A DNA stretch of 64,000 bases. Origin: a virus. Its lineage: Duplodnaviria; Caudoviricetes. Positions 48,581 through 56,458 of this stretch are shown here, piece by piece. How positions within the stretch are numbered: the first letter of the stretch is position 1; every line of letters begins with the position of its first letter. The DNA lies in the IMG/VR virus record IMGVR_UViG_3300010883_000022, positions 1,251 to 65,250 of that record; one strand, given 5' to 3'. Both the position numbers and the translations under genes were made by a program. The notes beneath the pieces were generated by a model, which ran no database searches, had not been told where the DNA came from, and saw only the letters and a list, made by a program, of their open reading frames with translations.

Positions 48581-49774
48581 TTAAAAAATTGCGCGAGCTG
48601 CTGCACTAAGCAACCCACCCCATAAACCTACTTGCTGTAGTTTCTTTTGTCCTTTTGAGTTAAGGCCCGCCAGGCCTCCCGCAACCTTACCGGCAATAAT
48701 ACCAGAAAGCGCGCCAGATCCAGCGCCCCAGGCTATTCTTGCAATATCCATGGGGGATACCCAACTTGACTTTCTAGCCGCTGCTGCGCCACTTACCATC
48801 CCCGCCATAGCACCAACTGCCGGAGGAGGCGTATACATAGGAGCATAGCGAGAACCGTAGGGATCTCGCGTTCCAAACGAATTAGGTCGCTGTATCGCGT
48901 GGCTAATCACAGGATTGCCCACTGCATCCAACGGAGAATGCACCTCAAACATGCTTTTATTCAATTGCCCAATAAACTGCGGTGCGTTGATCGTAGGGCG
49001 GAACATGGAACCAACGCCCCCAATCATTGCCATCTTATCAAAGAACTTTTCAACATCACCGTCAGCCGAGTCTGCAGATGCAGTACGAACAGACCTTCCC
49101 GGATCCCGCGGTCTGTTGTACTTACCCCAATAGTTACCTCCGTGCGCATCCTGTTTGCCCTTGGCAATCCATAAAGGCAAAGCCGCTCCCGCAGCCCCGC
49201 CAGCCATCGCCAACCCAGGCGCCCACCAGTCCGACTCTTCATCATCGAAATACTCAGGAGCAAGTGCTTTAAGCGGCTTCCGAACAAGCCAGCTAAGTCC
49301 TGTACCAAGCCCGTAGCCCGCCAACCCACCAAGCGCAGCTCCCGTGAGTGCGCCAGTGGCCGTATTATGGCCCCCGATAAGCTTCCCGGGCGCATCCCAA
49401 ATCTTTTTTGGAATACCAGCTACATCACTGATCATCATCGGCTTCTTAACTTCTGCGCCCGTCTTCAAATAAACCCAGCCCTCGGGGTCTTCCGGCGCTT
49501 CCGAAGAAACATGAACAGACGCAATCGTGTCCATACATGCGAGCTTCTCCCATCTCCGATGATCAAAGTCTTTGTTATCCTTAACAACCCAAAGCTCATT
49601 ACGTAGCGGGGCCAATAGGGCATGGCCCGCTCCCTCTGGGAAGCGAGCCGTTGCCACTTTGATTAAAACAGCCGCAGGGGTACCAGCCTTAACATACTCT
49701 GCCACCCGCGCCGGCACCTGCTGCCAGTGATGCCTGTCAGCTGCTGCCTCCAATGAACCACGGATATCTTCCAT
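48581..49774 (-). CDS. Glycine-zipper internal virion protein
   Basis: Start MEDIRG; IKVA, EKLA, LKTG, DKMA; GALTGAALGGLAGYGLG and further zippers. Confidence 0.65.
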   Translation of the reverse strand: MEDIRGSLEAAADRHHWQQVPARVAEYVKAGTPAAVLIKVATARFPEGAGHALLAPLRNELWVVKDNKDFDHRRWEKLACMDTIASVHVSSEAPEDPEGWVYLKTGAEVKKPMMISDVAGIPKKIWDAPGKLIGGHNTATGALTGAALGGLAGYGLGTGLSWLVRKPLKALAPEYFDDEESDWWAPGLAMAGGAAGAALPLWIAKGKQDAHGGNYWGKYNRPRDPGRSVRTASADSADGDVEKFFDKMAMIGGVGSMFRPTINAPQFIGQLNKSMFEVHSPLDAVGNPVISHAIQRPNSFGTRDPYGSRYAPMYTPPPAVGAMAGMVSGAAAARKSSWVSPMDIARIAWGAGSGALSGIIAGKVAGGLAGLNSKGQKKLQQVGLWGGLLSAAARAIF

Positions 49775-49781
49775 ATCTGAA

Positions 49782-50765
49782 TTACTTCCTATCCACGGGA
49801 AGTGGAACAAGCTCTAGTTTCGGAGAGCTAGGCTTCATGTTGATAGTCCTAATCCTATACGGAAACTTCATGGGAGTAAGTGTAATTCCCTTACTTCCAT
49901 CTTTACCGCCCACAAAGTTAGTACCCACGTCCTCGATCGGCATGGCCTTCAACTTTTCTTCTGACGGCATCTTAACCGCGGGATCCAGCGCCCAAGAAAC
50001 ACCGGCACGCGCTGCCCAGTCACGCATACGACGCGCAGGAACAATAAGATTGAACCCCTCGCCAGCGCCTCGGACCAACATCCCGACGTAACGACCATCT
50101 TCCAGGTAGACACCCCCACCACTTGAGCCAGGAAATGCCGTTACCGTAGTCTGGTCGTAAACCGTCTTGCCGATAAGTCTGCCATGTTGACTCATTATGC
50201 CTGTCGTCATGGAATTGCTTCCCTGCTGACCGAGTAACGAGCCTACGTGAAGGAGGCGAGTGCCCAGCGTAGGAATAGACTTATCCAGGTAAAAACGCGC
50301 GGTCGTCTTGATGAAGCCCTTCTTACGAACACGCAAGAGAGCCAGGTCCTCGCCGTGGTCAGCATTTGAATAACGGATCACTTCCGCATCCATTTCAAGC
50401 CGCCCAACAGTGCGCCCCTCGTCAATCAACGTCTTGACGACTTTAGCGTCCTTAAACTCCACAACAGTGCGCGGAGTACCTGTCTTAGGGTCAACAACTG
50501 AACGAGTAGTGCGCAAGCCATCGACTACGTGCGCTGCTGTCCAGATATAGGTGATATTATCACGATTAAACGCAACACCCGAGCCCTCAGAGCGGTCAGC
50601 GCGAATCGTGACTGAGATATCCTGTAGATAATCAGGAATACCGTCCGTAGCCTCGACTTCTGCCGCGCTGGCAATACAACAACTACCAGGAATAGACGGA
50701 AGAAGTGTGGCCGATAAGCCAATAGCTAAAAAAAATGCCAATACAGTTGATTTGAGAAAGTTCAT
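49782..50765 (-). CDS. Trypsin-like (S1) serine protease with signal peptide
   Basis: WTAAHV, DLALLRV, PGSSGGG. Confidence 0.92.
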   Translation of the reverse strand: MNFLKSTVLAFFLAIGLSATLLPSIPGSCCIASAAEVEATDGIPDYLQDISVTIRADRSEGSGVAFNRDNITYIWTAAHVVDGLRTTRSVVDPKTGTPRTVVEFKDAKVVKTLIDEGRTVGRLEMDAEVIRYSNADHGEDLALLRVRKKGFIKTTARFYLDKSIPTLGTRLLHVGSLLGQQGSNSMTTGIMSQHGRLIGKTVYDQTTVTAFPGSSGGGVYLEDGRYVGMLVRGAGEGFNLIVPARRMRDWAARAGVSWALDPAVKMPSEEKLKAMPIEDVGTNFVGGKDGSKGITLTPMKFPYRIRTINMKPSSPKLELVPLPVDRK

Positions 50766-50796
50766 CCTTGAATTCTCCTTTAACTTCCATGTTATG

Positions 50797-51885
50797 TTAC
50801 GTAGTTCGAGCAGGCTTTCCTTGCCGCCATCTCATCGCATTAGCCCACTCATCCATATTAGGTTGTTCTGCATGAACAGCAAACCTATTAGACGACGACG
50901 GAGCATCCGGTACCGAATACTGCATCCCAGATGGTTTATGCAACCAAGTAGACTCATTGCCTGTACTAGAGTGTAACTCAAATTCATGCGGATTACGACG
51001 CATGACATCATAGAACACACCCCCCATACCCTGATCCCACGATGCACCAGGGCCTCCTTGTGGATTATACCCCGCATTAAAGTTCGGCTGACCGACTGGG
51101 CCAGATGTCTGCTCGCCCCACGGGGAATCTACTGCTGCTGTAGGCTGGTTTTGCGCTGCAGCGCCCCAAGCACGGTTGCGCGAGTCTACGCCCTCTCGGT
51201 GCGCGATCGCAGCCTGTATGTTCCTAAACTGTGTAGCGTGATCTCTTTCCTCTCCCTTGCGCTTCATCCCACGCCCTGCCCAACTCTTAAGCGTAGAACC
51301 AACATCACCCTTCCAGAAAGAACCCTCGCTTGGGCGTGTAAGCGCTGTGTTAGGTAACTCATTAGCCCACTCGCCTACACTCTCATATTCCCCGAAGAAG
51401 CCCTCGGCGGGCGTGTTGGCTGTGAACGAGCGCATAGTGGGATTACCGCGCGGAGTAAAAACCCCGCCCTGGAGGGCCGCCGCCCTCTTAAGCAACCCAG
51501 GAAGATCAAGGATGATGTCGCGATCCAGAGCCTGCTTCACTGCTTCAATATCTTCTGGTAAAGCAGTTACAGCTTGAACCTCTTCTTCCCCCTCGTCTTG
51601 TAACTTAGCAACACGATGGCGCCCATCCCACAGAGTACCCGCTTCATCAACGATGACCGGAAACTTTGTGTCAGCATCTGCATAACGCTTCTTTTGAAAC
51701 CCAGTGTTACGAGAGCGATTAATCTTGGGGAGCGAGATCTTGCGTGCCTCTCTGTCCTTGAGCCGCTCTATAAGCGCAAGTATGTCATACGACGTATCTC
51801 CACGTGTGGTTGTATGCGTGCGTGTATGCCCAGCCTGCTTAAGCAACCCAGGAAGATCGAGGATGATATCGCGTTCTATACTCAT
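50797..51885 (-). CDS. Two-module protein: tag + ParB/Srx-like domain + tag + unknown domain
   Basis: RDIILDLPGLLKxA x2; PVIVD...LWDGRHRV. Confidence 0.65.
   Translation of the reverse strand: MSIERDIILDLPGLLKQAGHTRTHTTTRGDTSYDILALIERLKDREARKISLPKINRSRNTGFQKKRYADADTKFPVIVDEAGTLWDGRHRVAKLQDEGEEEVQAVTALPEDIEAVKQALDRDIILDLPGLLKRAAALQGGVFTPRGNPTMRSFTANTPAEGFFGEYESVGEWANELPNTALTRPSEGSFWKGDVGSTLKSWAGRGMKRKGEERDHATQFRNIQAAIAHREGVDSRNRAWGAAAQNQPTAAVDSPWGEQTSGPVGQPNFNAGYNPQGGPGASWDQGMGGVFYDVMRRNPHEFELHSSTGNESTWLHKPSGMQYSVPDAPSSSNRFAVHAEQPNMDEWANAMRWRQGKPARTT
51487..51873 (-). repeat. 36-nt coding repeat at 51487-51522 and 51838-51873
   Basis: Encodes RDIILDLPGLLK; 2 differences, both synonymous. Confidence 0.93.
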
Positions 51886-52007
51886 GCCAGCATCCCAGCC
51901 AGGAATTCAATAAACGAAAATATGCCGCCCACAAGGAGCAGCAGCACAACCACCGCCGATATTAGTGCAAACAGGTAAAAGAGCGCCTTGTAGTATAACC
52001 GTTCCAT
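51882..52007 (-). CDS. 41-aa single-TM protein (MERLYYKALF...)
   Basis: SD GGAGGT; ATGA overlap with next gene. Confidence 0.7.
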   Translation of the reverse strand: MERLYYKALFYLFALISAVVVLLLLVGGIFSFIEFLAGMLA

Positions 52008-52031
52008 GAGCACCTCCCTGTGCATATAGAC

Positions 52032-52061
52032 ATTCTACCGCACAGACCAAACCGGGCTCAA
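52032..52061 (-). promoter_or_regulatory. Possible sigma70-type promoter
   Basis: TTGAGC-18nt-TAGAAT in an intergenic gap. Confidence 0.35.
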
Positions 52062-52075
52062 CTGGATAATTTCAA

Positions 52076-52792
52076 CTACCACTCGATCCACCTAATATCT
52101 TCCTTTATAGAAAGTGCGCCCGGCTTGCTATACATGGGCCGGTAGTACGTGCAATCCGGGGCATAATAGTGCGTTACCTGACTATACCTTGTTGCGCCTT
52201 CACGAGTTATCTTAGTTCCGCCGTGTAGAAAATTAGAAGCCCAGATAAACGCCTGACCTTTGGAGCATGTAAATACCTTTGCTTCAAGATTCTCCCGCGC
52301 AATCACGCTTGCCATATAAGCCTCGTACTCTTTACAGGGCTTGCGCGCTTCTATTGGGGGTGGCACTACACCTACATCACTCATCACATACTCTGGCAAC
52401 CGGTGGCTGCCTGGATAATAGAACAACGGACCCTGATCTTCTTTAACATCCTCCAGAGCAACCCAAACGCCACACATGCGGCCAGCAGGAATAGTATTGA
52501 AATGAATTGTGTCACTGTGGGCAGGCTGCTCTGTCCCATACTTGAAGTTCATTGCCTGCCAAGGCTTCATCGGAAAGTCGTACAGCGCCTCAAGCGTTTT
52601 AAGAATCCGCGGAGCCAATACAATTTGCTTCACACAGTTGTAAATATGCACCAAATCATACATTCGCTTTGATTTAGAAGAAAAAGCAGAAGAAGTTACC
52701 TCGCGCGCCTCATCTAGCCAGTGCTCATCAATTTGCGGATCAAATACAAGATACCCATCACGGTCAAACCGTTGTTTTTCCGTCAACTCCAT
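52076..52792 (-). CDS. PhyH-family 2OG-Fe(II) dioxygenase
   Basis: FDRDGYLV, QPAHSD, WVALED...GPLFYYPGSH, LHGG...RYS. Confidence 0.9.
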   Translation of the reverse strand: MELTEKQRFDRDGYLVFDPQIDEHWLDEAREVTSSAFSSKSKRMYDLVHIYNCVKQIVLAPRILKTLEALYDFPMKPWQAMNFKYGTEQPAHSDTIHFNTIPAGRMCGVWVALEDVKEDQGPLFYYPGSHRLPEYVMSDVGVVPPPIEARKPCKEYEAYMASVIARENLEAKVFTCSKGQAFIWASNFLHGGTKITREGATRYSQVTHYYAPDCTYYRPMYSKPGALSIKEDIRWIEW

Positions 52793-53264
52793 TACTTGCC
52801 ACTCCTTGTGCGCCTGAAAGCTTCACAAACGCGTCTTCTATGTCCGAACAACTGGAATACCACTCATTTCGAATATGGTACTGCTTAAATTTGCTATGTA
52901 ACGCACGTTCCAGCGAGCGGCTGCCCACCACAAAGTACAATAAGCGCAAAGGATGCGCATTTGCCGTCGATAAAGTGCGCAAACGGCGTTTTGGATTTGA
53001 TGATAAGCCAATTTTAACCTCATCGGCCTGGTTGGCCATGAGATACACATATGTCTTAACTGTGCGCCGAGGAAGCGGCCGCCTTCGCAACAAACCAGCC
53101 ACCGCCTCATACATTTCACGGTGATGCCGCGACTCTTGCACCTGAAAAAGAGCCACAAGCGCATCGTACTCCGCTAAAAGCGCCACATCTTCCTTCTTTA
53201 TAAGCTCCGCGAACCTTCCACGAAGCTTATCCGCACGTACAGCGTAATTCCGTTCACGTTCCAT
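52764..53264 (-). CDS. GIY-YIG superfamily (T5orf172-like) protein
   Basis: YVYLM...VKIGLSSNPKRRL...LERALH...NEWY. Confidence 0.85.
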   Translation of the reverse strand: MERERNYAVRADKLRGRFAELIKKEDVALLAEYDALVALFQVQESRHHREMYEAVAGLLRRRPLPRRTVKTYVYLMANQADEVKIGLSSNPKRRLRTLSTANAHPLRLLYFVVGSRSLERALHSKFKQYHIRNEWYSSCSDIEDAFVKLSGAQGVASNGVDGKTTV

Positions 53265-53290
53265 AGTCTTCCCTGACTAGTACAACTGCG

Positions 53291-54235
53291 TTACCGCTTA
53301 AGCTTATACAATTCTACATCCATTAATCGTGAATAGGGCTGATTTTTACTCTTTAAACGACACTTCAACTCCGGAACGAACGCAAGCATATGGGTATCTT
53401 CTTCATCGTTGAGATTATTATCCCTAAAATGCCGCTCAAACCAATCATCGTCGTCATGCACACCGGAAGAAAGCCTGCCTCGTGCTCTGATCTTATGCCG
53501 AAACTCCTCTTCGGACCGCGTTGCGTAGTGATTAACGCGAAAAACGTCCCAAGAGGCCCGGGGAGTACCTGCATACGTGAGAAACGGCGCCGTCTGCGTC
53601 TCCGGAGTAAGGCAAATACCATGCGCATCCACAAAAGGATACTCCGCGCCAACGTCATCACACCCAGCCCGCCACATATGCGGATCTAATGACTTCACAA
53701 CACAAAGTGGATTAATAATGGGCTTCACATGCCTATTTTTCGTGTTATCAATTTTGCCTCGCCTCGTATAGTTCTCAATGACAAGCCCCGCGGGAGGGGT
53801 CACATGCCCATTCGTACCAAACATAGCCCAGTTGAGCACAACACCGGCAATCTCTCCCTGCTGCGCCAGAAAGTCGCTCAGTGTCACATCTGACATTTGC
53901 GCCAAGAACTCATCTGAATCAATAACAACAATCCAGTTTGCCACACCACGTAATCGTTTTAGTGCGTGGTCATATGCTGTTACCTGTGGATACGGCCCGC
54001 CCCCGCCTGGAGCGTATCTTCTACGTGGAAAATTCCACTCCACCAGCGTAACCTGTTTGTTCTTAATATACGGGGCCAGCACCTCCTTGTAATTATCTTG
54101 GCTCATGTGGCTATACAAGAAGAAATGCTCAATGCCGAGCATTAGATGGTACTCAAGCCACTCGTCAAGGATGTGCGCTTCATCCCTAAATATCATGCAA
54201 GCAGCGATATCAAAAGTCGTCGTATTTTTCGTCAT
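53291..54235 (-). CDS. GT92/GT2-like glycosyltransferase
   Basis: IFRDEA..LDEWLEYH...GIEHFFLY, IDSDEF, VNHYATRS. Confidence 0.85.
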   Translation of the reverse strand: MTKNTTTFDIAACMIFRDEAHILDEWLEYHLMLGIEHFFLYSHMSQDNYKEVLAPYIKNKQVTLVEWNFPRRRYAPGGGGPYPQVTAYDHALKRLRGVANWIVVIDSDEFLAQMSDVTLSDFLAQQGEIAGVVLNWAMFGTNGHVTPPAGLVIENYTRRGKIDNTKNRHVKPIINPLCVVKSLDPHMWRAGCDDVGAEYPFVDAHGICLTPETQTAPFLTYAGTPRASWDVFRVNHYATRSEEEFRHKIRARGRLSSGVHDDDDWFERHFRDNNLNDEEDTHMLAFVPELKCRLKSKNQPYSRLMDVELYKLKR

Positions 54236-54503
54236 CCGGCCCTTCCATCTCGTCCATTCCCTTTGGCAACTTCACGTCATACTCTACACCACACTTGGGA
54301 CATTGTACGTTACCAGGCACCACCATGAAGAACGTATTGTCGCTATCATGTGCGCCCATCTCCGGCGGAACTTCGCCCTCGTTCTCCTCTAGAAAATCAT
54401 CGAACGGCAACGGAGGCTGCGGAAATGCACCAAAGAACGATCGACGGCACCTGGGACAGTGCCAAGAGAACGCCCATTCGAGTTGTACAGTGGGACCAGC
54501 CAT
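54210..54503 (-). CDS. Small zinc-ribbon protein
   Basis: CPRC and CPKC. Confidence 0.7.
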   Translation of the reverse strand: MAGPTVQLEWAFSWHCPRCRRSFFGAFPQPPLPFDDFLEENEGEVPPEMGAHDSDNTFFMVVPGNVQCPKCGVEYDVKLPKGMDEMEGPDDEKYDDF

Positions 54504-56458
54504 TAAGCGTCCTTTTTCTCTACCGGTAGTTCATCAACAACTTCTAATGATAAGGACTCAAGTACCATTTCACACGGGCCTACGTGAGGATCAAAACGTA
54601 ATGCAGTTAGGGGATCGTCGGTGAAGAAGTGCGCCACATGCCGAGAAGACACCGAGTTTCCCTCTATCTCTAAACGGCAAGATTCGGGGGGCTTCTTTCC
54701 ACCTAGACCTGCCGTCGTCTCCCAATAAAAATACGCCATAACGTCTGCAGCAGACTTACAAACAATTACTACCCGTTTCCACCCTGCCGGGGCGGACACA
54801 GAAACACTCATTTGCGGATCCGCTCCCGCGCCAACGATTTTTACACCGTTAGGAAGATTGCTAAGACGTATGCCAAGCAAGCTCTTCCAAGAATCCCAGT
54901 CTTCTTCAGTTTTCCAATCCTTTACAACGGAATAAAATGGCGCACCTATATGCCAACACTCCATATCCCAATCCACCTTAACTATCTGCCTAAAAACATA
55001 CGGGCCCCGTTCTTTCGCTAATTCTATGAGGTGATCGAAAAACGCTCTCTCGTAATCCTGGTTGCCAGCGGCTAGATCCAACTCCCAGCCGGGCCGAATT
55101 ACGCGCAGTGTCGCCTCGTCAGGTACGTCAACAAATACAGATTGCTTCAAGCACTCCCGCCGCACGACAACACAACCAAAACCACCAGTTGCTGGGACCT
55201 CTACCACGCCGATCCCGGCACGATCCCGCCCCTTTCCTCGATTGCTACGATCGTGGACCACGTTAAAAAAATTGGCCGCGCGTTGATATCTAGATCTATG
55301 CGGCGCACTGACTAGTGCGACATGCGGACCCATGGATCGCAATAATTGTTCACAGACCTCTGGTACCGGCGGACGAATGTCATCCTCAAGGATCCAACAG
55401 TATGGCGTTACTAATATGCTAGATAAATAACAGTACATTTGCCGCATAGCTGCACGAACTTGCGCCTGCGTCTGTACACGGTCGTGGTCCGCTAAATTCG
55501 GCGGGCCCACCACATAACGAAGTAGTCGAACATCAGCGTAATCACAATCGGACACCCACGTGCGCACCGTTTCATGAAACGCGTCCGATTGACTTGTATC
55601 CATTAATACCAATTGGATTTGATCATGCGGCCAGGTTTGCTTCTCCAAAAACTCCGCTAAAGACGGCCACTGTTCACTGCGCCCAGAAAGCGGAATAAAC
55701 AATGTAATAGTTTCTGCAACCAAGTTGGCCAAATCAAAATAATGTTGCTCGTGATACGTTTGCGCTGCCAAGTTACCAGCACCCTCCCTCCAACACTTAT
55801 TCGACGGGGGAACGTGCTTTTGTAGGCGGAGGCGCTTGGCAGATCCTTCATGCTCTCGGTACTGATAAAGAGCGGGTTGTTTTACAGCCTGCCAGTAATA
55901 ACGCAAAACCCGCCGCCACATATACCAATCATCGTGAGAGTTAAGCTCAATCCGCACATTCCAAGCATCTGCATCCATTAACGCCGCACGCAATACGAGA
56001 GAGGCCGCGTGGATGTAGTTTACCCTCTGCAATAATTCACGATCGAACTGCTCGGGATACTTCTTATAAGCATCCGAAGCTCCAAAAGATTGCATGTCTG
56101 AGTAAACAACAGCAACATGCGGATCATTAAAGCAGGGCAACCCTGCAGATAAGTAATCTACAGGGAGGCGGTCGTCTGCGTCTAAAAAACACAACACCGC
56201 CTGTTCAGTAATCTCTGCGCCAATGCGCCGGTTTTCTTGCACGTTGCCCGTCGCAACTCGGTGGTACCTAACCCCACGATCGGCGAATACCTTTGCTACT
56301 TCCGGCGTATCGTCTGTGCTCGCGTCATCGATTACGACTATCTCCTTCGCCGGCCGTGTTTGCATCAAAACACTAGTGATAGCTTCCGCCAGATACCTAC
56401 CGTAATTGTGGCAGATAATCACAACCGATACGTCAAGCACGTCACTACGAACACTCAT
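54503..56458 (-). CDS. Double-domain GT2 glycosyltransferase
   Basis: CHNYGRYL, IDDASTD, FLDADD; second domain ILEDD, GFGCVVVRR. Confidence 0.85.
   Translation of the reverse strand: MSVRSDVLDVSVVIICHNYGRYLAEAITSVLMQTRPAKEIVVIDDASTDDTPEVAKVFADRGVRYHRVATGNVQENRRIGAEITEQAVLCFLDADDRLPVDYLSAGLPCFNDPHVAVVYSDMQSFGASDAYKKYPEQFDRELLQRVNYIHAASLVLRAALMDADAWNVRIELNSHDDWYMWRRVLRYYWQAVKQPALYQYREHEGSAKRLRLQKHVPPSNKCWREGAGNLAAQTYHEQHYFDLANLVAETITLFIPLSGRSEQWPSLAEFLEKQTWPHDQIQLVLMDTSQSDAFHETVRTWVSDCDYADVRLLRYVVGPPNLADHDRVQTQAQVRAAMRQMYCYLSSILVTPYCWILEDDIRPPVPEVCEQLLRSMGPHVALVSAPHRSRYQRAANFFNVVHDRSNRGKGRDRAGIGVVEVPATGGFGCVVVRRECLKQSVFVDVPDEATLRVIRPGWELDLAAGNQDYERAFFDHLIELAKERGPYVFRQIVKVDWDMECWHIGAPFYSVVKDWKTEEDWDSWKSLLGIRLSNLPNGVKIVGAGADPQMSVSVSAPAGWKRVVIVCKSAADVMAYFYWETTAGLGGKKPPESCRLEIEGNSVSSRHVAHFFTDDPLTALRFDPHVGPCEMVLESLSLEVVDELPVEKKDA

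Noticed and set aside
19894-51873. Diversity-generating retroelement TR/VR pairs for the near-identical repeats
   Set aside because: Differences are synonymous C/T changes rather than adenine-specific; repeats are within single genes; no reverse transcriptase in the window
52764-53264. Mobile homing endonuclease element
   Set aside because: Small T5orf172-type domain with no intron context or flanking repeats; kept as an ordinary CDS
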